From the NCBI GenBank assembly GCA_951406725.2, contig OX597815.1, positions 51,150,001-51,214,000 on the forward strand: a stretch of DNA of 64,000 nucleotides, in the 5' to 3' direction. The notes beneath the pieces were generated by a model. It searched no databases. It was not told the DNA's origin and saw only the letters and a list, made by a program, of their open reading frames with translations. This DNA comes from Octopus vulgaris. Lineage: Eukaryota. Positions 11,811-24,569 of the stretch are shown one piece after another; position 1 is the stretch's first letter; each line of letters begins with the position of its first letter. The position numbers and the translations under genes were made by a program.

Positions 11811-14129
11811 AACCGTAATATGTATACATACTTTTCAAAAATGAGCCTGTTTATGCACAAATGCATGCTCAAAGCTTACTCTCATGCTTACATTTTGTAT
11901 TTGTCTCCCCATACGCAATTGGTTCTAGTGTCTCATACACACACATACAAGTACTCAAACATACACACACACATTTGTAAATACATGCATATACTTATGT
12001 TCATTATTCACATACACACACACATATGCACAATCATTCATGTCACTGTCACAGTACACAAATGTCTACACATGCAGTTAGTTATTTTGCCTCTTACTTC
12101 TGACAAGTCTATTTGTTTTAAACATGATACAGCTCTAGCTTTATCTTCAACCTAAAGAAAAGAAACAAATTATAACCAGAACACTTTTATTTTAATTATT
12201 TATTTTCTTCTTTGGTGTATCAAAGCATTCACAATTGCCACTCTCTTAGAAGTTTAGTTCTGCCAAGAGACAGTCAGGCGAGAAGAATTGTGGAAAACCA
12301 CACCCTGAAACTAGTATCTTGTTATGAGTATTATTTGTGAAGAGAGTGAGTGCCACACCCAGCAATAACTGCTATCAAACTGTCACTTAGAATTTGCAAC
12401 ATTAGGAATACCACAGAAATTATTTAAGTTTAAGGTTTCATTTCTGTACCAGAATTCAACAGACTTTTATGACAGCTATTAACAGATATGCATCAGTAAT
12501 ACAGGTAAACTAGAAAACTGCATCTATGTAGGTGCATGTATATGTATAAGTATTTGTATATGTGTGCATGAGAAAGAGAGAAAAATGAGAGAGGTGTGTG
12601 TGTGTGTGCGTGCATGTGTATATGAATGTGTTAACTAGGGCATTGATTGAATTCTGTTGTTTCCACTATTGTTTAAATACACATTCACAGGTTTTAAAGG
12701 GAGAGAACTAGCAGGAATAGAAGGTCTTGATTATTTGTATAACATATCAAGACCAAGATACAGTTAGTTGCTTAAGGTTTTCATGAAGTTTTTTTTCTAA
12801 AGAAATCTTTGAAATATAGTCTATATAAACAGATATACGTTATGTAAACAGACATTGTAAATTTGTTATCATTCCTATTTCTTTTTCTCCACCTTCTCTT
12901 AATGCTTTTACTTTTTTTTTTTTTTGATAAGTGTGCAACTTGAATTTCATTTCATTTGGCAAATTTATTTTCATTGGACATACTTTTACTATTTTGTAAT
13001 ATTTTTCTATACTTTCTCCATCATATGTTCTACTTGTAAAACTTCATAAACTGCTTGTTTCCTCCTTACTTTCTAATCTTCTGCATTTTATTTAGATGCT
13101 TCTTTTATCTAGCAATCTCTGTGTGTGCGTGTGCATACCCATTTTTTCTAATGCTGAGAAACCCTTTCAAGCAACCCTTGTATGTGTCGAATGGTTATGA
13201 TACTTTGTCTTCTGACACATGCACAGCAGCAGAGAACATCATCATTGCTTATGTCATACCTTTCAAACATTTTTTAATGGTGAGACGCAGTTAATTAGCA
13301 AAAATGTTAGAAATATGTATTCTAATATTTCTTCTAGCTCTTTGCATTCTGTATTCAAATTTCACAATGCGTTCTGAATTCGGTCACTTTTGTCATTTAG
13401 GGTTGATAGATACAGTTCCTGTCTTGGGTTGACAGGCAGAATCATTTCAGTGTTGGATTGGATACCCTGTGCTATTTATGCCAGTTCTTTGTATTTCAAG
13501 CTGAAATCCCACTGTGCACTATCATCTTTTATGTCAGGGATTAGAATACCACTATGTACACACCCATAATTAACTATGGATACCCGCAGATTTTTCATCC
13601 TACTGAGAGCAGGTAATACATCATATTATCGACATTGGTGGTGATGATGGCATAGCAGCAGTGATAGTGGAAATGGCAGCAGCAAGGGTGCAGTCATCTG
13701 TGGCAACAGTGGAGTAGTCGTCATCATCATCATCATCATCATCACCATCATATGTGTATGATTGTGTGTCAATCTCGTCATTTTAACATTCACTTTTCTA
13801 TACTTGCATGGGTCAGACAGACAGGGTCTGTTCTCAGGCCTTATTCATCCTCTTCTCGCTTATATTTAGCTTAATTTATTCATTGTGTGCAAGAGAAGTA
13901 ATATTTGTTTAAAATAACCATCTGTGTATACAATGTGTATACAAACTGTAAATACAATGAAAAAAATCAAATTTACTGCAGAATTCGTTTGGAATATATA
14001 TTGCGTTTAAAAACTCATCAGAAGCAGATAAAAATCAGCTAGCAGTAGCTGGTGAGAATGCTAGATGCACATTTCTGCCTTGTTAGTCTTTGTCAGTAGT
14101 AGCATTTACTTACAGTCAATTACAATGAA

Positions 14130-15357
14130 ACAACTAGGGACTATGTAGAACAGGAGGTTGTCAACCAATGGATGGTGCCTTATGAGCCATTTCTCCTTCA
14201 CCAATTTGACATCAATGTTGAAATTTGTTCAAGTATTCTTAGCATCAAATACATTACAAAATATGTTATTAAAGGGGTGACCAGGCAGTCATTGAATTTC
14301 AGAGAGTTGATGATAAGAATTATGCTATCAACAAGACAAGACAGTTTTATACCAAACTTCATGCTGGAAGATCTGAAGCAGTATAGAAAATCTTAAAGCA
14401 TTTAATCTCAGAGTATTTCCCTCTACTGAAAGGATTTGCTATCCTTCTTGAAAATGGCCCTTTAAGCTCTTCAGAGAGGTCCACAAGCAATAATTCTAAC
14501 AGCATTTTTTGACCACTCAAAGGCTCTATGATAACATGAAGTACTAGAATACTACACTTGGGATATAAGTACCAAAGTGTGGACCAGATGAAAGCAGGAA
14601 AAACTGACTGAATTCAAAAACTACTTTGTGTTCAGAATACCTGCAATTGGTCATATCTACACTATTAATCCTCAGCAAGGCAATATTTACTATGTTTGCC
14701 TCCTCTTGAGTGAGGTTTGTCCTTCTGTGGTCTACTATGTCCTCCTATGCCTATTTGAGAACAGTGAGCAGACAAATGTTATCCTTCCATGAGGCATATC
14801 TGGTAAGAGGGCTTTTGGAAGATGACTAGCCCCTCTTCCATGTTGTGAAAGAGACAAAAACATTATCCAATAAGCTTCAAGCTTGAGGAACCTCCTGGCA
14901 TTGATTATATTTTGTGACCCAGCTAGACCATATAATCTATACGAATAGTCATAGGAGATCTGCTCTCAGAAGACTGCCTGATGCAACATTGTAGACTTAT
15001 GTTTTACCATGACTATAAAAAAGTACAAGGACAGAACTTGAAAACAATCACTTTATATCTCTCAATACTGTGCTTCTCTCATGAACAATTATATGTTGCA
15101 GTTTCCAGAAATGAGTAATTATTTATCATGGATCCAAATAACCAAACAAGAAATATGGTCTGCCAAGAGGTTTTATTGTATCATTGCATTTCCACAAGAC
15201 ATAAACCAGAGAGGTGGGGGGTGCAATTAATAATAAAATTATCAGATTTAATTTATTAATAAAACACATTTATTCAACATGGTTTGATTTTACTCTTAAT
15301 TAGTCATAACTGAAAATCAAGTTATTGCCTGGGCATTTGATTGGGTACCCAGGCTAG
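14130..15357 (+). mobile_element. Decayed, internally deleted autonomous-type Helitron (RepHel pseudogene) with its 3' terminus
   Basis: Rep region NQWMVPYEPFLLHQFDINVEICSSILSIKYITKYVIKG; EYYTWD; AIGHIYTINPQQGNIYYVCLLL; YLRTV...EAYLVRGLLEDD. Pif1 helicase C-terminus MTIKKVQGQNL...CFSHEQLYVAVSR and TRNMVCQEVL. Ends gcctggg...cccaggCTAG|T at 15357. The 5' end was not located. Confidence 0.92.
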
Positions 15358-16021
15358 TTCCATATATCTGCTAATATTCTTTGTTAAAAATCTAAGCATG
15401 TATTTTCTGTTCGTTTCCAAATTAACCAACAATAAATTCATTTAGATGTATGTGAGAGAGACAGAGAAAGAGACAAAGACACAAAGAGTTTCATAACTTT
15501 ACATTTATGGTTTTGTAGTCAGTTACTATTTTGCATTCATGTAAATATTTTTTATTGCAAAAGCAACACAAAAAAAATTAAACAATTCAAGAATGTAAAA
15601 AAGAAAGAAACAATTCGTTGCCATTAACTTGAAGATCAGTATCTAATAATTTATCACTTTTGGATTACTAAGTAATTTCGTTAATTGATTATCAATTTTC
15701 CTTTAAATAAAATTACTGCATTCTTAATGCTTCATTGCATCAATGTGACAAGGAAATAATAATGTTCAACTTATTTATTCAATGAAGAAACAAAGCATTT
15801 GACTCTCACCAATATTTCAGTAGGACTTTAAAATTCAGAAGTCAATACAGGTTTACAGCTGTCCTGTAATGCAAGGCAAACTGGAACAACATGGCAAATA
15901 AAGCTTCCTATTAATACAACATTGACTCTCTGCTTTAAGAGTTTTGTTACCTCAAAGATTATATATAATATAAGACCATGGAGCTAACATCATTTTCATA
16001 ATCAGTATTATCTCTGTCATT

Positions 16022-16240
16022 AAGGTAGGGCGCTGACAGGATCATTAGCACACCAGACAAAATGCTTAACACCATTTCACCTATCTTTATGTTCTGAGTT
16101 CAAATTCTGCTGAGGCCAACTTTGCTGTTTGTCTTTTCAGGTTCAATACAAGAAGTACCAGCTGAATACGGGGGTCAATATAATCAACTAGCTCCCTCCC
16201 TACAAATTTTCGAGCCTTGTGTCTATAGTAGAAAGAATTA
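16022..16240 (+). mobile_element. SINE family B copy
   Basis: aagg...gctg.cag.atc.ttagca head; gttctgagttcaaattc B-box-like; taagtaccagctga core. Confidence 0.8.
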
Positions 16241-16316
16241 TCATAACTGTCATTGCCATCACTATAGCCACCCTTAATACCACTAATAGAGTTTTTTTTC
16301 TCATGAAACTTCATTA

Positions 16317-16531
16317 AAGCAGTGAGCTGGCTGAATCATTAGCATGCCAGACAAAACACTTAGTGGCATTTCATTTGTTTGTACATTCTGAGTTCAAATT
16401 CCATTGAGGTCAGCTTTGCCTTTCATCCTTTTGAGGTCAATAAAATAAGTACTAGTTGAACACTGGGGCCGATGTAATCAGCCTGCCCCCTCTCCCAAAT
16501 TTTCTGGACTTGAACCAAAATTTGAAACCAT
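16317..16531 (+). mobile_element. SINE family B copy
   Basis: Full-length match to the 40229-40445 copy; the central gcctttcatccttttgaggtcaataaaataagtac resembles conserved SINE central domains (Meta-type). Confidence 0.85.
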
Positions 16532-16924
16532 TACAAAACTTCATTAGGTCTTGTTTAAACTTCCTTTTATCAATTCTGTTTGTTTCTACTTGATCAACTC
16601 TCATCGAATTAATTTGTTTCTCTCTTATGCTATTATTCCCAGCTTATTAACTCTTCATCTTGAGTAGATGTACTTTGTAAATAAACAATCACTGCTAATA
16701 AGCGTGTACAAGTCTTGTAGCAAGATGCTTGAGTTTATATCATAGAACAATTTGAGACATTGCGTGAGCGATAACCTTTTTTAATCCCTTTAAAAGATGG
16801 AGAAATATATGATAAGGTGGTGAATGTAGGAAAGATAGAACAACAGCTGATAGAAGGCAATCGAAGTATTAAACAATATAAGGTTTTAAATTCATGTTAT
16901 ATTTCTATTTAAATTATTACTAAT

Positions 16925-17400
16925 ATAGACACAAGGCCTGAAATTTAGTGGCAGGAGCTAGCTGATTTACATCAACCCATGCTCAACTGGTACTTAGTTT
17001 ATCTACTCCAAAAGAATGAAAGAGAAAGTCAACCTTAGTGGCTTTTGAATTCAGAACTTAAAGAGCCAGAAGAACCACGCTAAGCATTTTTCCCAATGTA
17101 ATAACAATTCTGTGGAGGTGCGTGGTTTAGTGGTTAGGGTGTTAGCATCATGATCGTAAGATTGTGGTTTCGATTCCTAGACAGGGTGACGTGTTGTGTT
17201 CTTGAGCAAAACACTTCATTTCACGTTGCTCCATTCCACTCAGCTGGCAAAAATGAGTAACGCTGCGATGGACTGGCGTCCAATCCAGCTGGGGAACACA
17301 TATGCCATTGAAACCAGGAAACCGGGCCCATGAGCCTGTCTAAGCTTTAAAAGGGTGCATTTATTATTTTTTTTAATAACAATTCTACTTGCACACTACC
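16925..17400 (-). mobile_element. SINE family B copy hosting a nested family A SINE
   Basis: Reverse complement of family B, broken at taataacaattct and resuming after 17386. Confidence 0.75.
17112..17373 (+). mobile_element. tRNA-derived CORE-like SINE family A, full length, with a 13-bp TSD
   Basis: A-box-like tggtttagtgg, B-box-like gtttcgattcc, CORE-like gttgtgttcttgagcaaaacactt, T-rich tail. TSD taataacaattct at 17099-17111 and 17374-17386. Confidence 0.9.
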
Positions 17401-18222
17401 TTTATATCTCTAAATAAATAAAATCTAGTAAATTACAAATATAGTAGTAAACCTTAATATATTGCCCTGCTTAAAATTTTATCTAATACTTGGATGTCTT
17501 TTGCTGAGTACACTCCATTGCAAATATTCAAATTAAAACTTTGCTTTCATTTCAACTGCACTTTTCTACAGACAGTAACTTGGACATTGGCTGCAACAGT
17601 CAGAGAAGGCACTGTTTCTATCATAAAAAAATAAATGAAGGTAGACCTGAAGAAATTTAAGCTAAAATGCCTTTCATAAACTCCAAAACTGAGTTAACTG
17701 TTGTTTAGTTTCAAGTTAACTCAGATTTTGCAGGCTTATGATCTAAGGTATTCCAACCATAACTATCTCATCTTTTTAGACTAAATGTATCTAAGACTAT
17801 ATTATTCAATCAATCTATCCTTCCTTTTTTAATGTCAGGTGTGATTTGAGCCAAATTTGACTGCTACTTCTAGCAGGTTGAATGACCCCAATGCATGATC
17901 CTACATTAGATAAATTTCAATGGCACTTTATATAGCTTTGTAAGTGTTATTAACCATACATGTTAATATGGAACTAATTAATGAAATCTTTAATATGAGC
18001 TGTGTGTTTGACTAAGAAGTCTTTGTACCATGTTACCAAAGTCTTGTTTCAGTTTGACAATTATATTTGGGATTAGTAGTCATTAAGAGTTGATTGAAGA
18101 CGTTAAACAGAAATCAGGAGATAACTTTCAAAAGAATATGGTTGGGATACTAATCCATATATTGTTATTATACATTATTACTTTATGCATGATATATTTT
18201 CTTATCTAACAAGATTTAGATA

Positions 18223-18440
18223 ATGGTTTCAAATTTTGGCACAAAGCCAGGAATTACAAGGAAGGAGGTAAGTTGATCAGATTGACCCCAATGCTTAACT
18301 GGTACTTATTTTATCAACCCCAAAAGGATGGAAGGTAAAGTCGACCTTGGCAGAATTTGAACTCAAAACATAAAGCCGGATGAAATGTCACTAAGCACTT
18401 TGTCCTGCATTTTATCAATTCTGCCAACTCACTGCCATTT
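18223..18440 (-). mobile_element. SINE family B copy
   Basis: tggtttcaaattttggcacaa...ctggtacttattttatc.acccc.aaaggatg.aagg.aaagtcgacc...gaatttgaactca. Confidence 0.85.
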
Positions 18441-18764
18441 AACAAGATTTAGATAACAAAAGATGTACGTCATTTATCATTTCAGTTGGACTGCAATGCT
18501 AACAAGGCACCTTTTGCATTCTGACTGAGATGTCTTAAGAAGTTTCATGTTCTACACACATTTATTTCATAGATATCTAATTGTTAGACATAGTTGGTGG
18601 GTGTCTGTGTGTAATGTGAAACTTGAAAATGACCAGCAATTTCTCAAGACAAAACATAAATAATGTAAAAGTAATCTCCTGAGTCAAAACATTAACAACA
18701 GAAAAATCATCTGACGAGTTAAAACGTAAACAATGTATGAGATCAAATGTCTTCATTTTCATTT

Positions 18765-18937
18765 CATCACCATCATCGTCATCATTATCATCATCATCAT
18801 CACCACCATCATCACTATCATCACCATCATTGTCATCATATTTGTTATCATTATCATCACCATCACCTTCATTGTCATCGTCACCATCATCATCATCAGC
18901 ATCATCCTCATCATCATTGCCATCGTCGTCATCATCA
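18765..18937. repeat. Degenerate (CAT)n trinucleotide repeat
   Basis: Direct reading; it produces the poly-D/H/S/I/M ORFs. Confidence 0.92.
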
Positions 18938-19129
18938 CTGGGCAGAAAAATGTCTTGGAAGACATGCAACAAGAGAGGAAATTCAATCTGATATAAGAAT
19001 GTTTTTCTTACTAAAAATCTGACAAAGAAAGACTACTGAAATTTGACCATTCTGTAGAGATTCTGATAAAAGAATTTAAGATTCTAGTATGCTTGTTACA
19101 TCTACCATACCTTAGCTTCCCAACACCTC

Positions 19130-19445
19130 ACATGAAGCCACTGACTCCTCTTAGATACCTTTCCAGCTTCACCAAGGTTTTTTTTTCCCTCTCCTTGTTC
19201 TGTCTGGTGACCTCACTAATGTCAGTGACCTGAAAAATACACCCAGGACTACTCCCTGTAAAATCGTTGTTAGAAAGGGCATCCAGCTGCAGAAATCATG
19301 CTGAAGCTGCCACTGGAGGTCAATGCAGTCCTACAACTCGGCAGAACCTGTCAAACTGTCCAACCCATGCCAGCATGGAAAATAAGCATTAGATGATGAT
19401 GATTATGATAGTGGTGGTGATGTGATGGTGATGATGATGATGATG
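19130..19445 (+). mobile_element. RTE-type LINE 3' tail or tail-sharing SINE ending in (GAT)n
   Basis: ttagaaagggcatccagc...gtcaaactgtccaacccatgccagcatggaa...gatgatgat. The same tail occurs at 31645, 33035, 36660, 37695 and 41648. Confidence 0.75.
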
Positions 19446-19639
19446 TTGTGTCTAACTCCTGAACATGTTGGCCATGGAGTAGCAATTGGAGTAGTAATTA
19501 TATGTGCTGATGACCCATGAAACAATACAAATACAGTATGATTTTTGCTTGCCTAGGATCTTGTGTGCACAGATGATTATTTTCTTTTTCTTCAATACCA
19601 GATTAAGAAAGTTATTCCATTCTAAAATCCAAAAGTTTT

Positions 19640-20130
19640 CATTGTTAATCCATCTTAGATATTCTTCTCAATTTTTGTATAATTCTAGAATTGTAATATT
19701 GTCAAATATTATCTTTCCTTATATTTTGTCATATGTACAGTGTTGTAATGAGTTGCAATGACTCCTTGTTATCAATGCATGGTCAAACGATGAGAGAGTG
19801 TTGTAGTTGTATGACCAATGTAGCAGTTTCATCCACAAGGATAACAACTTACATGTTTGCAATGGAATTTATATATCACATTAAAAGTTGAAATACATTG
19901 TTCTGTGATTTGTTGAAAATTTTTTGGATAGGAAAGCCTTCTTTTTTCTATCAATGGCTTATATGGTCCCTTTATAGACTATTTTCCTTAGTCACTGCAC
20001 GGTGATCATCATAAGCTTTAAGCTTATATAAAAATACCATTATTATCTACAGGTCTGATATTTTTGTAATATATTCTAACAGTGGGTATTTGGTGAGGCA
20101 TTGTTCACAACCAGTGAACAAGATGTCACA
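19640..20130 (-). mobile_element. Penelope-like element fragment, GIY-YIG endonuclease pseudogene
   Basis: Minus strand 19882-19741 reads NVIYKFHCKHVSCYPCG*NCYIGHTTTTLSHRLTMH**QGVIATH: the VIY..C...C...YIG.T...L..R...H signature of Penelope GIY-YIG domains. Confidence 0.85.
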
Positions 20131-20189
20131 CGTACATGCATAGCACACAGACTCACACTGTCACACACACACTGTCACACACACACTGT

Positions 20190-20226
<37 letters not shown>

Positions 20227-20290
20227 TTGTGTGTGTGAAATATATTTCAAATGTATATATTTCTTTGTTTTTTTTGTTTTGTTTTTTGAA

Positions 20291-20366
20291 GCTCTGATGA
20301 AGCTATAGAGTGATACTGAAGCAATCACCTATGAGTGCATTGCATCTCATAGCAGAAACAGCTGTA
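20291..20366 (+). ncRNA. Degenerate minimal hammerhead-ribozyme-like motif (Penelope pLTR-like)
   Basis: CTGATGA-A-GCTAT...ATAGC-A-GAAA, palindromic ACAGCTGT, GTA triplet. Stem I is not paired. Confidence 0.45.
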
Positions 20367-20879
20367 CACTAATAAAGTTCATGGCATAATTTCTGATTCC
20401 CTTTATCATTTATTTAATTTTTTATATATATAACAACATATTTGGCTTAATTAAAAAATTCTGGTACCATGTACTGCTTCATAGCATAATATGAAATACT
20501 CACACACACACACACATAGGCACAGGCATGGTGGCATAGTAAGAAGTTTGCTTCCCACTCAAATGGTTCTGGGTTCAGTCTCACTGTGTGCATACAAGTA
20601 TATGTGTATATCTTTCACCAGTGTATATTTGAAAACAGTCCCTTGTGATATTTGTTCAGCAACAAGTTACACAAACACTCTTTGACCATTCCCATCAGAA
20701 TGCAGTGAACCAATGATTTGCATGTTGCTGGAAAATCTGAACCACCAACACTATTGTTTGCCAACTGTGGTACAAACAATAAATAATTAGATAAATAAAT
20801 TAATAGATAAATTAAAAATAACTAATAGGAAGTATTATATCTATAATCAAGATGGTTACAGGGGTATTACTAAACACTG

Positions 20880-20897
20880 TCTCTTGCTCTCTCTTTC

Positions 20898-20949
<52 letters not shown>

Positions 20950-21115
20950 AATACTCTTTCATTCTCCTATTATTATTTCCACAGTTATTGCTCAGGCTTT
21001 CTCTTCCCTTTACTTTCTTGTTTTCTTTACTCTATATTCAGCTTTCTCATTCCAACTTCCATCTGGATTATTTCTGTCAACCATTGCTCTCTCTCTCTCT
21101 CTTTATCATATATCT

Positions 21116-21146
<31 letters not shown>

Positions 21147-21159
21147 TTATCATATATCT

Positions 21160-21220
<61 letters not shown>

Positions 21221-21345
21221 ATCATATATACACACACATACACACAACATTCTTTCTGCCTCAACCTTTCTTTCCTATTTCTGTATTTCTCACTCACTTT
21301 CCTTTCTGATCTGTCCTTACTTTAAACTCTCTCCCCATCTCTCTG

Positions 21346-21438
<93 letters not shown>

Positions 21439-21810
21439 CTATCTTATCTTTTTTTCAACTTTTGTTTTTCTTAATCCCTTCTTTACTTTCTCTCCCTTTC
21501 TTCCTCACTTTATATTCCCCCTCCCTCTATCACATATTTTCTCTCTCTAATCTTTGTTTCCTACATTCTCTCATCTCTTACTCTTTAATTTTCTCACCTT
21601 ACACTCCCTCTCTCCCTTCCTTCTTTCTCCCATCATTTTTTCTCTTTTTACTTCAATCTTCAGTTCCACCTCTCATCTTCCGTCCTCACTTTAATTTTAT
21701 GCCCCCATTCTCTCTCTCTTCCTCTCTCTCTCCCTCTCTCTCCTCCTCTCTCTCCCTCTCTCTCCCTCTCTCCCTCTCCCTCTCTCTCTCCCCCTCTCTC
21801 TCTCCCTCTC
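20880..21810. repeat. Polypyrimidine (CT)n low-complexity tract with a tandem ctttatcatatatcttattt(ct)n unit
   Basis: Direct reading; three copies of ctttatcatata at ~21101, 21145 and 21217. Confidence 0.9.
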
Positions 21811-22133
21811 ATTCCATTCTTTGTGATGTGAACATTATTAATTGCTATCTCCAATCTGTTGATTTTTATTTCCTTATTATCTTTTCCTACATATTTTTTT
21901 AATTCTTTCTCTTATTTTGATATAACTATCTTTTCCTCATTTTCTTCATTTTTGTTCTTTTTTACCCCTTCATTCTCTGTCGATGTGTCACAGTATTAGT
22001 GTTTTTCTCTCTTTTTAAAAAAAAATGTTTATTTCACAATTTTTTAGTATCCATTTTTTTCATACATTTCCTTTTCCTTTTATTGTCTTTCACCATCTTT
22101 CCTCACTTACACTCTTGCCCTCTCTCCTTCATA

Positions 22134-22225
<92 letters not shown>

Positions 22226-22464
22226 ATAATTTCTACTTCTTGTTCTCCATAACTATTTAGAATCTTCAAAGTATTTTTCAATAGTTATAAAAATAAAAGT
22301 AAATAAATATAAAATATATATAACTTATCCACTCCACTAATATAGAAATAATGCTTGGTGACTCAATTCTTCATAGAAAGACATAATTCCCATTAAAAGG
22401 AAGGAGGCATTGGTGGTGCTAGGGGTGAGGATATTAAACAATATGAAAAAGAACATATAATAAT

Positions 22465-22518
22465 TATATGTATGTGTGTGTATGTATACATATATATATG
22501 TACATTGTAATCTTTATT

Positions 22519-22569
<51 letters not shown>

Positions 22570-22570
22570 C

Positions 22571-22617
<47 letters not shown>

Positions 22618-22688
22618 TATGTATATATATACGCATATATACATACATATATATATATATATACACATATGTATATATATACACATAT

Positions 22689-22738
<50 letters not shown>

Positions 22739-22840
22739 ATATTGCTATAATAATTATGTATATACATATCTATAAGTGTGTGTTTGTGTGCTTGTATACA
22801 CACATGTACATACACACACACACACACACATATATATATT
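22465..22840. repeat. (TA)n/(CA)n compound microsatellite
   Basis: Direct reading. Confidence 0.92.
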
Positions 22841-23997
22841 TGATTACATCAATAAAGTTATTTAGTGAATTTGATTTTTGATTATGAGAGTCATAAATTC
22901 TAAATCAAAACTGACCTTGTGGTTGAGCTAAGCCCGTCAATATAAGCAGATAAATCTGATTAGTTAGAGAGAAGCTAACATCCAAAAGCAGTAAGGATTA
23001 TTGTATATTCAGGGGTTACTAAGCAGCACATTTGGGGGCCAAGATTCTGTGGTCCAGTTATTTAAGATTACAGAAGAATATTTGTTTATTTATTTATTTT
23101 TATTCATTTTCTCTCCTAATCTTTCAATCAATATTAGATAAAATAGAAATGATTGTAGTAAGTTGATAATATAAAAAAATTAATTAAAAAATACATTAAA
23201 AAAGTTACATATCTGCAATTGAAACAAATGTCATTTTCTGAATTTGGAAAGTTGAAGAGAGGTCGGGCTTTTTGCTTATACTATAAAGCTATGCTTGAAT
23301 TATGATTTAATTTCGTTGTGTGTACATTATCAAAGTCTTTTTTATTTTATTATATTTTGTGTTGTTTTTCATTTGTTTATTTAGCTACTAATTTTTTTTT
23401 TTTTGCCAATAGATTTAATGATTACTAATAATTAGTACCAAGAACAAAAACTACCAATTGGTAAGCCTCATTACTCAAAGACACTTGGTTTTAATTTTGA
23501 GAGAAAACCTGTTCATGTTCACTGATTTACAAATATTATTTTATTTATATTATTTAATGTTATCTTCTTTTTTTGCTTGTTCATATATAATTATTTTTCA
23601 TTCTTACAGATATTTCTTTGAGGCTGTTTAAATATAATTTATTATTTGTTTATATTTTTGTTAAAGAGAGAAAGTGCTTTTGCATGAGTAACTAATACGA
23701 AGTAAACTATCTAGAGAAACATTTTGTTAATCATAATCACTATTATTTTCATCCACTTTTCCTGGTTGATAACAATAATAATAATATTGATGATGATGAT
23801 AATCTTTTCTTTATTAGCTAGAAGTGCTCAAGAAATACATAACTTTCGCTGACAGTTTCAAAGAAAGAAAAAAAATGGGGAGTATGAAAGACACTAATAT
23901 GACAGGAGGGGATGAAGGATATTATACAATACATGGGAAAATGTATTAAAATTTTAAAGGTACATGCATGCACGCATATACACACATGCATGTAGTA

Positions 23998-24132
23998 AGG
24001 TAGATAAATACAGTTAGGCTTGAGACATATATCTACATGGAGCACAAAATGCAGGTTATAAGATAAAGAAAAAAAATTATTTTTTCTCCTCCTGTGAATA
24101 TATGTCTCAAGCCTAACTATGTCTATCTACCT
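23998..24132. repeat. Inverted repeat, 40-bp arms, 55-nt spacer
   Basis: 23998-24037 versus 24093-24132 match 35/40, with a perfect 21-bp core agttaggcttgagacatatat. Confidence 0.85.
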
Positions 24133-24569
24133 TTGTGCCACCATAACAGCTTGACAAGGATTGTTTTTGATGCCAAGCACAAGCTCTGAATGAAGAAGTT
24201 GGTGTTCGAATCTATTTGTGCACTACTATGAACTTATTTTGCTTTCACCTCCCTCTCCCTCTCACTTTCTCTCTCTCTCTAGATGTATGCATGTGTATAT
24301 ACATACATACATATACATACAAATATATATATGATTACATTTAGTTAGGGTTCTCCATTAACCTGCTGAGTGGGAGTGTAGGCGAATGCAACAATAAGCA
24401 TTTTTTCAGACATTTGGTGTTGGAAAATGCTAACATCTGGAGGGCGATTTCTTTTAAGATCGATTTAATGTGTTTTAATTTTACTAATAATTCATCTTTT
24501 GCATGTTGTTTATATTCTGAACTTGTTTTTGTTAATTATAACTTCTTCAGCAAGTCTAAAACTTTTATT

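Noticed and set aside
18707-18740. TCAT-CTGACGA-GTTAAAAC-GTAAA-CAATGT-ATGA hammerhead-like string
   Set aside because: The GAAA box is interrupted and the cleavage-site register does not fit stem I; compatible with chance.
18577-19022. Poly-Asp, poly-His, poly-Ser and poly-Ile ORFs
   Set aside because: Several overlapping frames are open only because of the (CAT)n repeat; no coding evidence.
19501-19533. CTGATGA-CCCAT-GAAA hammerhead-like string
   Set aside because: No stem II and an imperfect stem I.
20852-21902. 304-aa Leu/Ser-rich ORF, and the YIYI/CVCV ORFs elsewhere
   Set aside because: Translations of (CT)n, (TA)n and (TG)n microsatellites, which lack stop codons.
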